NCBI RefSeq assembly: GCF_009914755.1
Contig: NC_060925.1
Length of the DNA: 64,000 nt
From: the human T2T-CHM13v2.0 reference genome, Homo sapiens
Strand: one strand, 5' to 3'
The stretch's first letter is position 1. Each line of letters opens with the position of its first letter. Under the pieces are notes generated by a model, which ran no database searches, was not told the origin of the DNA, and worked only from the letters and a program-made list of their open reading frames with translations. A program made the position numbers and the translations under genes. This document shows positions 1-14,655 of the stretch, piece after piece.

Positions 1-1178
1 AAATCAGGGTGGGGCATTGCCTCACCCAGGAAGTGCAAGGGGTCAGGGAACTCCCTCCCGTAGCCAAGGGAAGCAGTGAGGGACTGTGCTGTGAGGAATG
101 GTGCACTTCAGCCTAGATACTATGCTTTTCCCATGATCTTCACAACCCACAGACTAGGCGATTCCCTCAAGTTCGTATGCCAGCAGGGCCCTGAGTTTCA
201 AGCACAAAACTGGGCGGCTGTTTGGACAGACACCGAGCTAGCTACAGGAGTTTTTTTTTTTCATATCCCAGTGGCGCCTGAAACACCAGTGAGACAGAGG
301 TGTTCACTCCCCTGGAAAGGGGGCTGAAGCCAGGGAGCCAAGTGGTCTAGCTCAGTGGATCCCACCCCCATGGAGCCCAGCAAACTAAGATCCACTGGCT
401 TGAAATTCTCACTGCCAGCACAGCAGTCTGAAGTTGGCCTGGGATGCTCGAGCTTGGTGGGGGGAGGGGTGTCCACAATTACTGAGGCTTGAGTAGGTGG
501 TTTTCCCCTCACAGTGTAAACAAAGTTGCCGGGAAGTTCGAATTGGGCAGAGCCCACCGCAGCACGACAAAGCTGCTGTAGCCAGACTGACCTCTAGATT
601 CCTCCTCTCTGGGCAGGGCATCTCTGAAAGAAAGGCAGCAGCCTCAGTCGGGGGCCTATAGATAAAACTCTCAACTCCCTGGGACAGAGCACCTGGGAGA
701 AGGGATGGCTGTGGGTGTAGCTTCAGCAGACTTAAATGTTCTGCCTGCCAGCTCTGAAGAGAGCAGCGGATCTCCCAGCACAGTGCTCAAGCACTGCTAA
801 GGGACAGACTGCCTCCTCAAGTGGGTCCCTGTCCCCCGTGCCTCCTTACTGGGAGACACCTCCCAGCAGGGTCAACAGACACCTCATACAGGAGTGCTCC
901 AGCTGGCATGTGGCAGGTGCCCCTCTGGGATGAAGCTTCCAGAGGAGGAACAGGCAGTAATCTTTGCTGTTCTGAAGCCTTCGCTCATGATGCCCAGGCA
1001 AGCAGGGTCTGGAGTGGACCTCCAGGAAACTCAGCAGACCTGCAGCATAGGGACCTGTTAGAAGGAAAACTAACAAACAGAAATGAATAGCATCAACATC
1101 AACAAAAAAGACGTCCACACAAAACCCCATCCGAAGGTTACCAACATCAAAGACAAAATGTAGATAAATCCATGAAGA

Positions 1179-2196
1179 TGAGGAAAAACCAGCACAAAAA
1201 GGCTGGTAATTACAAAAACCAGAACGCCTCTTCTCCTCCAAATGATCACAACTCCTCACCTGTAAGGGAACAAAACTGGACAGAGAATGAGTTTGACAAA
1301 TTGACAGAAGTAGGTTTCAGAAGGTGCATAATAACAAACTCCTCTGAGCTAAAGGAGCATGTTCTAACCCAATGCAACAAAGCTAAGAACCTTGAAAAAA
1401 AGGTTAGAGGAATTGCTAACTAGAATAACCAGTTTAGAGAAGAATGTAAGTGAGCTGATGCAGCTGAAAAACACAGCACAAGAATTTTGTGAAGCATACA
1501 CAAGTATCAATAGCCGAACTGGTCAAGTGGAAGAAAGAATATCAGAGATTGAAGATCAACTTAATAAAATAAAGTGTGAAGACAAGATTAGAGAAAAAAG
1601 AATGTAAAGGAACAAACAAAGCCTCCATGGTACTATGTGAAAAGACCAAACCTACGTTTGATTAGTGTAACTGAAACTGACAGGGAGAATGGAACCAAGT
1701 TGAAAAACACTCTTCAGAATATTACCAGGAGAACTTCCCCAACCTTGCAAGAGAAGCCAACATTAAAATTCAGGAAATACAGAGGACACTACAAAGATAC
1801 TCCTCAAGAAGAGCAACCCCAATACACGTAATTGTCAGATTCACCAAGGTTGAAAAGAAGGAAAAAATGTTAAGGGCAGCCAGAGAGAAAGGTTGGGTTA
1901 CCCACAAAGGGAAGCTCATCAGACTAACAGCAGATCTCTCTGCAGAAACCCTACAAGCCAGAAGAGAGTGGGTGCCAATATTCAACATTCTTAAAGAAAA
2001 GAATTTTCAACCCAGAATTTCATATCCAGCCAAACTAAGCTTCATAAGCAAAGGAGAAATAAAATCCTTTATAGATAAGCAAATGCTGAGAGATTTTGTC
2101 ACCACCAGGCTTTCCTTACAAGAGCTCCTGAAGGAAGCACTAAACATGGAAAAGAAAAACCCACACCAGCCACTGCAAAAACACACTAAATTGTAA
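1179..2196 (+). pseudogene. L1 ORF1p remnant (frameshifted, with stops)
   Basis: ATGAGGAAAAACCAG at 1179; ORF-track fragments 1172-1423, 1392-1607, 1637-1831 and 1867-2196 are consecutive ORF1p pieces ending QPLQKHTKL*. Confidence 0.9.
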
Positions 2197-2259
2197 AGAC
2201 CGTCGACACTATGAAGAAACTGCATCAACTAACGGGCAAAATAACCAGCTACCATCATA

Positions 2260-4915
<2,656 letters not shown>

Positions 4916-6294
4916 TGAGAGGTGACAGCATGCTGGCAGTGCTCACAGCCCTCGCTCACTCTTGGCGCCTCCTCTACCTGGGCTCCCACTTTGGCGGCAC
5001 TTGAGGAGACCTTCAGCCTGCCGCTGCACTGTGGGAGCCCCTTTCTGGGCTGGCCAAGGCTGGAGCCGGCTCCCTCAGCTTGCGGAGAGGTGTGGAGGGA
5101 GAGGCATAGGCAGGAACCGGGGCTGTGCGTGGTGCTTGTGGGCCTGCGCGAGTTCCGGGTAGGCGTGGGCTTGGTGGACCCCACACTTGGAGCGGCCAGC
5201 TGGCCCCACCAGCCCTGGGCAGTGAGGGGCTTAGCACCTGGGCCAGCAGCTGCTGTGCTCAATTTCTCACCAGGCCTTAGCTGCCTTCCCACGGGGCAGG
5301 GCTTGGGACCTGCAGCCCACCATGCCTGAGCCTCCCCCAACTCCCTGGGCTCCTGTGCAGCCCGAGCCTCCCCAGTGAGCACCGCCCCCTGCTCCACAGC
5401 GCCCAGTCCCATCAACCACCCAAGGGCTGAGGAGTGTGGGTGCACAGCATGGTACTGGCAGGCAGCTCCACCTGCAGCCCTGGTGTGGGATCCACTGGGT
5501 GAAGCCAGCTGGGCTCCTGAGTCTGGTGGGGATGTGGAGAACCTTTATGTCTAGCTAAGGGATTGTAAATACACCGATCGGCACTCTGTATCTAGCTCAA
5601 GGTTTGTAAACACACCAATCAGCACCTTGTGTCTAGCTCAGGGTTTGTGAATGCACCAATCGACACTCTGTATCTAGCTACTCTGGTGGTGACTTGAAGA
5701 ACCTTTGTGTCAACACTCTGTATCTAGCTAATCTGGTGGGGACTTGGAGAACTTTTGTGTCCACCTCAGGGATTATAAATGCACCAATCAGCACCCTGTC
5801 AAAACAGACCACTTGACTCTACCAATCAGCAGGATGTGGGTGGGGCCAGATAAGAGAATAAAAGCAGGCTGCATGAGCCAGCAGTGGCAACCCGCTCGGG
5901 TCCCCTTCCACACTGTGGAAGCTTTGTTCTTTCGCTCTTTGCAGTAAATCTTGCTGCTGCTCACTCTTTGGGTCCACACTGCCTTTATGAGCTGTAACAC
6001 TCACCGTGAAGGTCTGCAGCTTCACTCTTGAAGCCAGCAAGACCACGAACCCACTGGGAGGAAAGAACAACTCCAGATGTGCCACCTTAAGAACTGTAAC
6101 ACTCACTGAGAAGGTCTGCAGCTTCACTCCTGAGCCAGCGAGACCATGAACCCACCAGAAGGCCGAACACATCCAAACATCAGAAGGAATAAACTCTGGA
6201 CACGCCGCCTTTAAGAACTGTAACACTCACTGCGAGGGTCCATGGCTTCATTCTTGAAGTCAGTGAGACCAAGAACCCACCAATTCTGGGCACA
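4916..6294 (+). mobile_element. 5' LTR12 (LTR12C/D-like), about 1.38 kb
   Basis: TG...CA ends; GC-rich U3; roughly 40-bp CCAAT/TATCTAGCT enhancer repeats 5537-5800; TATA-like AATAAAA 5857-5863; U5 repeats CTGTAACACTCAC. Confidence 0.93.
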
Positions 6295-6297
6295 TTT

Positions 6298-6315
6298 TGG
6301 TGACCACGAAGGGAC
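6298..6315 (+). promoter_or_regulatory. Primer binding site (tRNA-Arg type)
   Basis: TGGTGACCACGAAGGGAC just after the 5' LTR; complementary (1 mismatch, from memory) to the 3' end of a tRNA-Arg, the HERV9/HERV-W-type primer class. Confidence 0.8.
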
Positions 6316-7631
6316 TATCACCTATTGCCAAGCGGTGAGGCTATCGCCAAGCAGTGAGACCATTGCCTGTCACTGTGCGGTGAGACAATTGCTTATCGCC
6401 AAGCAGTGAGTACCATCGGACGCTTTTCACTTGCTATTCTGTCCTATTTTTCCTTAAAATTCGAGGGCTAAATACTGGGCACCTGTTGGCCAGTTAAAAG
6501 CGACTAGCACGGCCGCCAGACTAAAGACACGGGTGTCAGGCTTTCTGGGAAAGGGCTCTCTAACAACCCCCGACTCTTCGAAGTTGGGACTGTTGGTTTG
6601 CCTAGAACCAGCTTCCACTTTTCCTGTACTTCTGGGCTGAGCCGAGGGTTGACAGAGAGGAAAGCCATGCAGCTCCGGGGTCCTGACAACAAGTTGGTTG
6701 ACCCTGTGGCCATGAGCAGAACTCTCAAAGGCATGTTGCCCAAGCGAGACTCTCGCCCATCTATCCTATCTATCCTGATGCTTGCCCCCTGGGTCCTAAT
6801 GCCTGCCAGACAAACTTCCTTTTGCCTCTCTTCTCCGAGGTTAGTCCCACTTCTAAAAATTGCTACCTGTCTCTGGTGCTTTTCTAGTTTCTCCTATAAG
6901 AATGATTTCTAGTATAAACTCCAGGACTCTGTTACCTTCTTTAGGCACCTGGGCTCACCAATCAGAAAGACATAATTTTTGCCCAAAGCCCCATCATAGT
7001 GGGGACTACCTGGAATTTTAGGATCCCTCCTCAGACTAATAGGCATAACAAAAGCTATTCCTGAAGCTAGGATATGGGGAGCCTCAGAAATTGTATCCTT
7101 CCTATTCATATAAGTGAGGACAAAAGGTGTCACTCTTCCAACCCTGGAGATCACTTCCCTCCCTCAGGGTATGGCCCTCCACTTCATTTTTGGGGCATAA
7201 CATCTTTATAGGAAAGGGGTAAAGTCCCAATACTAACAGAAGAATGCTTAGGACTCTAACAGGTTTTTGAGAATGCGTCAGTAAGGGCCACTAAAGCCGA
7301 TTTTTCTCGGTTGGTCCTCCTTGTGGTCTAGGAGGACAGGCAAGGGTGCAGGTTTTCGAGAATGTGTTGGTAAGGGCCACTAAATCCGACCTTCCTCAGT
7401 TCTCCATGTGGTCTGGGAGGAAAACTAGTGTTTCTGCTGCTGCGTCGGTGAGCGCAACTATTCCGATCAGCAGGGTCCAGGGACTGTTGCGGGTTCTTGG
7501 GCAGGGGTTGTTTCTGCTGCTGCGTCGGTGAGCACAACTATTCTGATCAGCAGGGTCCAGGGACTGTTGCAGGTTCTTGGGCAGGGGGAAAAACAAAATA
7601 AACCAAAACCGTGGGCGGTTTTGTCTTTCAG

Positions 7632-9091
7632 ATGGGAAACACTCAGGCATCAACAGGCTCACCCTTGAAATGCATCCTAAGCCATTGGGACCAATTTGAC
7701 CCACAAACCCTGAAAAAGAGGTGGCTCATTTTTTTTCTGCACTACGGCTTGACCCCAATATTCTCTTTCTTATTGGGAAAAATGGCCACCTGAGGGAAGT
7801 ACAAATTACAATACTATCCTGCAGCTTGACCTTTTCTGTGAGAGGGAAAGCAAATGGAATGAAATACCTTATGTCCAAGCTTTCTTTTCATTGAGGGAGA
7901 ATACACAACTATGCAAAGCTTGCAATTTATGTCCCACAGGAGGACCTCTCAGCTTACCCCCATATCCCAGCCTCCCTATAGCTCCCCTTCCTATTAATAA
8001 TAATCCTCCTCTAATCTCCCCTGCCGGAAGGAAACAAGCAAAGAAATCTCCAAGGGACCACAAAAACCCCTGGGCTATCGGTTATGTCCCCTTCAAGCTG
8101 TAGGGGGAGGGGAATTTGGCCCAACCTGGGTACATGTCCCCTTCTCCCTCTCTGATTTAAAGCAGATCAAGGTAGACCTGGGGAAGTTTTCAGATGATCC
8201 TGATAGGTACGTAGATGTCCTACAGGGTCTAGGGCAAACCTTAGACCTTGCTTGGAGAGATGTCATGCTACTGTTAGATCAAACCCTGTCCTTTAATGAA
8301 AAGAATGCAGCTTTAGCTGCAGCCCGAGAGTTTGGAGATACCTGGTATCTTAGTCAAGTAAATGATAGAATGACAACCAAAGAAAGGGACAAATTCCCTA
8401 CTGGTCAGCAAGCCATCCCCAGTATGGATCCCCACTGGGACCTTGACTCCGATCATGGGGACTGGAGTCATAAACATTTGTTGACCTGTGTTCTAGAAGG
8501 ACTAAGGAGAATTAGAAAAAAACTGATGAATTATTCAATGATGTCCACCATAACTCAGGGAAAGAAAGAAAAATCCCTCTTCCTTCCTCGAGCGGCTACG
8601 AGAGGCCTTAAGAAAATATACTCCCCTGTCACCCGAATCACTCAAGGGTCAATTGATTCTAAAAGATAAGTTTATTACCCAATCAGCTGCAGATATCAGG
8701 AGAAAGCTCCAAAAGCAAGCCCTGGGCCCTGAACAAAATCTAGAGGCATTATTAAACCTGGCAACCTCAGTATTCTATAATAGGGACCAAGAGAAAGAGG
8801 CCCAAAAGGAAAAGTGAGATCAGAGAAAGGCTGCAGCCTTAGTCATGGCCCTCAGATAAACAAACCTTGGTGGTTCAGAGAGGATAGAAAATGGAGCAGG
8901 CCAATCACCCGGTAGGGCTTGCTATCAGTGTGATTTACTAGGACACTTAAAAAGATTGTCCAATGAGAAACAAGCTGCCCCCTTGTCCATGTCCACTATG
9001 CTGAGGCAATCACTGGAAGGTGCACTGTGCCAGAGGATGAAGGTTCCCTGGGTCAGAAGCCCCCAACCAGATGATCCAACAACAGGACTGA
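7632..9091 (+). pseudogene. HERV9 gag remnant
   Basis: MGNTQASTGSPLKCILSHWDQFDPQTLKK (matrix start, ATG 7632); capsid-like LLDQTLSFNEKNAALAAAREFGDTWY; degenerate Cys/His boxes near 8920-9030; multiple frameshifts. Confidence 0.85.
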
Positions 9092-11290
9092 GGGTGCCCG
9101 GGGCAAGCGCCAGCTCATGTCATCACCCTCACTGAGCCCCGGGTATGTTTCACCATTGAGGGCCATGAAATTGACTTCCTCCTGGACACTGGCATGGCCT
9201 TCTCAGTGTTAATCTCATGTCCTGGATGACTGTCCTCAAGGTCCGTTACCATCCGAGGAATCCTGGGATAGCCTGTAACCAGGTACTTCTCCCACCTTCT
9301 CAGTTGCAATTGGGAGACTTTGCTCTTTTCACATGGCTTTCTTGTTATGCCTGAAAGTCCCGCACCCTTATTAGGGAGGGATATATTAGCCAAGCCTGGA
9401 GCTATTATCTACATGAATATGGGGAACAAGTTACCCATTTGTTGTCCCCTACTTGAGGAGGGAATCAACCCTGAAGTCTGGGCATTGGAAGGACAATTTG
9501 GAAGGGCAAAAAATGCCCGCCCAGTCCAAATCAGGTTAAAAGATCCCACCACTTTTCCTTATCAAAGGCAATATCCCTTAAGGCCTGAAGCTCATAAAGG
9601 ATGACAGAATATTGTTAAACATTTGAAAGCTCAAGGCTTAGTAAGGAAATGCAGCAGTCCCTGCAACACCCCAATTCTAGGAGTACAAAAACCGAATGGT
9701 CAGTGGAGACTAGTGCAAGATCTTAGACTCATCAATGAGGCAGTAATTCCACTATATCCAGTTGTACCCAACCCCTATACCCTGCTCTCTGAAATACCAG
9801 AGAAGGCAGAATGGTTCATGGTTCTGGACCTCAAGGATGCCTTCTTCTGTATTCCCCTGCACTGTGATTCCCAGTTCCTCTTTGCTTTTGAGGATCCCAC
9901 AGACCACATGTCCCAACTTACGTGGACGGTCTTGCCCCAAGGGTTTAGGGATAGCCCTCATCTGTTTGGTCAGGCACTGGCCCAAGATCTAGGCCACTTC
10001 TCAAGTCCAGGCACTCTGATCCTTCAATATGTGGATGATTTACTTTTGGCTACCAGTTCGGAAGCCTCATGCCAGCAGGCTACTCTAGATCTCTTGAACT
10101 TTCTAGCTAATCAAGGGTACGAGGTGTCTAGGTCGAAGGCCCAGCTTTGCCTACCGCAGGTTAAATATCTAGGCCTAATCTTAGCCAAAGGGACCAGGGC
10201 CCTCAGCAAGGAACGAATACAGCCTATACTGGCTTATCGTCACCCTAAGACATTAAAACAGTTGAGGGGGTTCCTTGGAATTGCTAGCTTTTGCCGACTA
10301 TGGATCCCCAGATAGTGAGATAGCCAGGCCCCTCTATACTCTAATCAAGGAAACCCAGAGGGCAAATACTCATCTAGTCGAATAGGAACCAGAGGCAGAA
10401 AGAGCCTTCAAAACCTTAAAACAGGCCCTAGTACAAGCTCCAGCTTTAAGCCTTCCCACAGGACAAAACTTCTCTTTATACGTCACAGAGAGAGCCAGGA
10501 TAGCTCTTGGAGTCCTTACTCAGACTCGTGGGACAACCCCACAACCAGTGGCATAGCTAAGTAAGGAAATTGATGTAGTAGCAAAAGGCTAGCCTCACTG
10601 TTTAAGCATAGTTGCAGCAGTGGCCGTCTTAGTGTCAGAGGCTATCAAAATAATACAAGGAAAGGGTCTCACTGTCTGGACTACTCATGATGTAAATGGC
10701 ATACGAGGTGCCAAAGGAAGTTTATGGCTATCAGACAACCACCTACTTAGATACCAGGCACTCCTCCTTGAGGGACCAGTGTTTCAAATACACACGTGTG
10801 TGGCCCTCAACCCTGCCACTTTTCTCCCAGAGGACGGGGAAACAATCGAGCATGACTGCCAACAAATTATAGTCCAGACTTACACCGCCTGAGATGAGCT
10901 CTTAGAAGTCCCCTTAACTAATCCTGACCTTTACCTATATACCAATGGAAGTTCATTTGTGGAGAATGGGATACGAAGGGCAGGTTACACCATAGTTAGT
11001 GATGTAACCATACTTGAGAGTAAGCCTCCTCCCCCAGGGACCAGTGCCCAGTTAGCAGAACTAGTGGCACTTACCCAAGCCTTAGAACTGGGAAAGGGAA
11101 AAAGAATAAACGTGTATACAGATAGCAAGTATGCTTATCTAATCCTATATGCCCATGCTGCAATATGGAAAGAGAGGGAGTTCCTAACCTCTGGGGGAAC
11201 CCCCATCAAATACCACAAGGAAATTATAGAGTTATTGCACACAATGCAAAAACACAAGGGGGTGGCACTCTTACACTGCCAAAGCCATCA
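9092..11290 (+). pseudogene. HERV9 pro-pol remnant (protease, RT, RNase H; integrase deleted)
   Basis: Protease LLDTG near 9180; ORF 9623-10315 with LDLKDAFF, LPQG and YVDD RT motifs; RNase H SAQLAELVALTQAL..NVYTDSKYA in 10959-11290. Confidence 0.9.
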
Positions 11291-11569
11291 AAATGGGAAG
11301 AAGAGGGGAGAACAGCAGCATAAGCGGCTGGCAGAGGCAGGGAAAGATCAGCAAGAAGGAAAGAGAGAAAGAGAAAGTCAGAGAAAGAGAGGAAGAAACA
11401 GAGAGAAAGAAAGAGACAGGAAGTCAAAGAGACAGAGAAGGAGACAGAGAGGAAGAAGTCAAAGAGAAAGAGAAAGAGAGACAAAGGAGAAGTCAAAGAG
11501 AAAGAGAAAGAGAGATGGAAGTAGTAAAGAAAAAAAAACAGTGTACCCTATTCCTTTAAAACCCAGGGT

Positions 11570-11920
11570 AAATGTCTATCTACCCAGCCAAGGCATATTC
11601 TACTTATGTGGATCTTCAACCCATATCTGCCTCTCAGACAGTTTGCAAGAAATAATGAAATCTATCCTTACTTTACAGTCCCAAATAGACTCTTTGGTAG
11701 CAGTGACTCTCCAAAACTGCCAAGGCCTAGACCTCCTCACTGCTGAAAAAGGATGACTCTGCACCTTCTTAGGGCAAGAGTGTTGTTTTTACACTAACCA
11801 GTCAGGGATAGTACGAAATGCCGCCCGGTGTTTACAGGAAAAGGCTTCTGAAATCAGACATCTTTCAAACTCTTATACAAGCCTCTGGAGTTGGGCAACA
11901 TGGCTTCTCCTCTTTCTAGG
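11570..11920 (+). pseudogene. HERV9 env remnant (TM subunit)
   Basis: Immunosuppressive-domain-like LQNCQGLDLLTAEKG, then *LCTFLGQECCFYTNQSGIV (CX6CC), then WSWATWLL; truncated. Confidence 0.85.
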
Positions 11921-13287
11921 GGAGCAGTGGAGGGAGAGGTGCGGGCAGGAACCGGGGCTGCATGTGGTGCTTGTGGGCCAGCGCGAGTTCCAGGTGGCAT
12001 GGTCTTGGTGGACCCCACACTCGGAGTGGCCGGCCGGCCCCACCGGCCCTGGGCAGTGAGGGGCTTAGCACCTGGGCCAGCAGCTGCTGTGCTCAATTTC
12101 TCGCCAGGCCTTAGCTGCCTTCCCACGGGGCAGGGCTTGGGACCTGCAGCCCACCATGCCTGAGCCTCCCCCAACTCCCTGGGCTCCTGTGCAGCCCGAG
12201 CCTCCCCGACGAGCGCTGCCCCCTGCTCCACGGCACACAGTCCCATCAACCACCCAAGGGCTGAGGAGTGCGGGCTCACGGCACGGGACCGGCAGCCAGC
12301 TCCACCAGCAGCCCCGGCGTGGGATCCACTGGGTGAAGCCAGCTGGGCTCCTGAGTCTGGTGGGGATGTGGAGAACCTTTATGTCTAGCTAAGGGATTGT
12401 AAATACACCAATCGGCACTCTGTATCTAGCTCAAGGTTTGTAAACACACCAATCAGCACCCTGTGTCTAGCTCAGGGTTTGTGAGTGCACCAGTCGACAC
12501 TCTGTATCTAGCTGCTTTGGTGGGGCCTTGGAGAACCATTATGTCTAGCTAAGGGATTGTAAATACACCAGTCGGCACTCTATATCTAGCTCAAGGTTTG
12601 TAAACACACCAATCAGCACCCTGTGTCTAGCTCAGGGTTTGTGAATGCACCAATCGACACTCTGTATCTCGCTACTCTGGTGGTGACTTGGAGAACCTTT
12701 GTGTCGACACTCTGTATCTAGCTAATCTGGTGGGGACGTGGAGAACTTTTGTGTCTACCTCAGGGATTGTAAATGCACCAATCAGCGCCCTGTCAAAACA
12801 GACAACTTGGCTCTACCAATCAGCAGGATGTGGGTGGGCCAGATAAGAGAATAAAAGCAGGCTGCATGAGCCAGCAGTGGCAACCCGCTTGGGTCCCCTT
12901 CCACGCTGTGGAAGCTTTGTTCTTTCACTGTTTGCAATAAATCTTGCTGCTGCTCACTCTTTGGGTCCACACTGCCTTTATGAGCTGTAACACTCACCGC
13001 GAAGGTCTGCAGCTTCACTCTTGAAGCCAGCAAGACCACGAACCCACTGGGAGGAACAAACAACTCCAGATGTGCCACCTTAAGAGCTGTAACACTCACC
13101 GAGAAGGTCTGCAGCTTCACTCCTGAGCCAGCGAGACCACGAACCCACCAGAAGGCTGAACACATCCAAACATCAGAAGGAACGAACTCCGGACACACCA
13201 CCTTTAAGAACTGTAACACTCACCGCGAGGGTCCGCGGCTTCATTCTTGAAGTCAGTGAGACCAAGAACCCACCAATTCCGGACACA
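11921..13287 (+). mobile_element. 3' LTR12, missing about the first 170 bp, with an extra 160-bp enhancer unit
   Basis: Aligns to the 5' LTR from about 5085 onward; AATAAA at 12936-12941; ends GGACACA followed by the TSD. Confidence 0.92.
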
Positions 13288-13291
13288 GTAC

Positions 13292-14655
13292 CAAGACAGA
13301 TATATAGACCAATGGAACAGAACAGGGCCCTCAGAAATAATACCACACATCTACAACCATCTGATCTTTGACAAACCTGACAAAAACAAGAAATGCAGAA
13401 AGGATTCCCTGTTTAATAAATGGTGTTGGGAAAACTGGCTAGCCATATGCAGAAAACTGAAACTGGATCCCTTCCTTACACCTTATACAAAAATTAACTC
13501 AAGATGGATTAAAGACTTAAATGTGAGACCTAAAACTATAAAAGCCCTAGAAGAAAACCTAGGCAATACCATTCAGGACATAGGCATGGGCAAAGACTTC
13601 ATGACTAAAACACCAAACTCAGTGGCAACAAAAGCCAAAATTGACAAATTTGATATAATTAAACTAAAAAGCTTCTGCAGAACAAAAGAAACTATCATCA
13701 GAGTGAACAGGAAACCTACAGAGTGGGAGAAAGTTTTGCAATCTATCCATCTGACATAGGGCTAATATCCAGAATCTACAAGGAACTTCAAAAAATTTAC
13801 AAGAAAAAATCAACCCCATCAAAAAGTGGACAAAGGATATGAACAGACAGTTCTCAAAAGAAGACATTTATGTGGACAACAAATGTATGAAAAGAAGCTC
13901 ATCATCACTGGTCATTAGAGAAATGCAAATCAAAACCACAATGAGATACCATCTCATGCCAGTTAGAATGGTGATCATTAAACAGTCAGGAAACAACAGA
14001 TGCTGGAGAGGATGTGGAGAAATAGGAATGCTTTTACACTGTTGGTGGGAGTGTAAATTAGTTCAACCACTGTGGAAGACAGTGTGGCGATTCCTCAAGG
14101 ATCTAGAACCAGAAATACCATTTGACCCAGCAATCCCATTACTAGGTATGTACCCAAAGGATTATAAATCATTCTACTATAGACACATGCACACATATGT
14201 TTATTGCAGCACTGTTCACAGCAGCAAAGACTTGGAACCAACCCAAATACCCATCAATGATAGACTGGATAAAGAAAATGTGGCACATATACACCATGGA
14301 ATACTATGCAGCCATAAAAAATGATGAGTTCATGTCCTTTTCAGGGACTTGGATGAAGCTGGAAACCATCATTCTCAGCAAACTAACACAGGAACGGAAA
14401 ACTAAACACCGCATGTTCTCACTCATAAGTGGGAGTTGAATAATGAGAACACATGGACACAGGGAGGGGAACATCATACACCAGGGCCTGTTGCGGGGTG
14501 GAGAGCTAGGGGAGGGATAGCATTAGGAGAAACACCTAATGTAGATGATAGGTTGATGGGTGCAGCAAACCACCATGGCATGTGTATACCTATTTAACAA
14601 ACCTACACGTTCTGCACATGTATCACAGAACTTAAAGTATAATTTTTTTAAAAAA
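13292..14655 (+). mobile_element. LINE-1 (L1PA7-like) 3' part: ORF2 C-terminus, 3'UTR and A-tail
   Basis: [16 protein letters not shown], Cys-rich [18 protein letters not shown], ends MFSLISGS* (14439); G-rich 3'UTR and CTTAAAGTATAAT tail. Confidence 0.95.

Larger units (their letters stand above)
4916..13287 (+). mobile_element. HERV9 (ERV9) provirus with LTR12-type LTRs, internally deleted, inserted in L1 ORF2
   Basis: Starts TGAGAGGTGACAGC, ends CCAATTCCGGACACA; 4-bp TSD GTAC at 4912-4915 and 13288-13291; PBS, gag, pro, RT, RNase H and env-TM remnants present. Confidence 0.95.

Noticed and set aside
5537-6260. Regularly spaced repeats (TCTAGCT.. units; CTGTAACACTCAC units) that superficially resemble a CRISPR array
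   Set aside because: These are the normal LTR12 U3/U5 tandem repeats. The spacers are themselves repeated, the context is eukaryotic, and there are no cas genes.
11570-11920. Possible domesticated syncytin-like env
   Set aside because: Only a TM fragment, with a stop inside the ISD-CX6CC region, no signal peptide and SU largely deleted. The HERV-H env remnant (about 30900-31400) is also broken.
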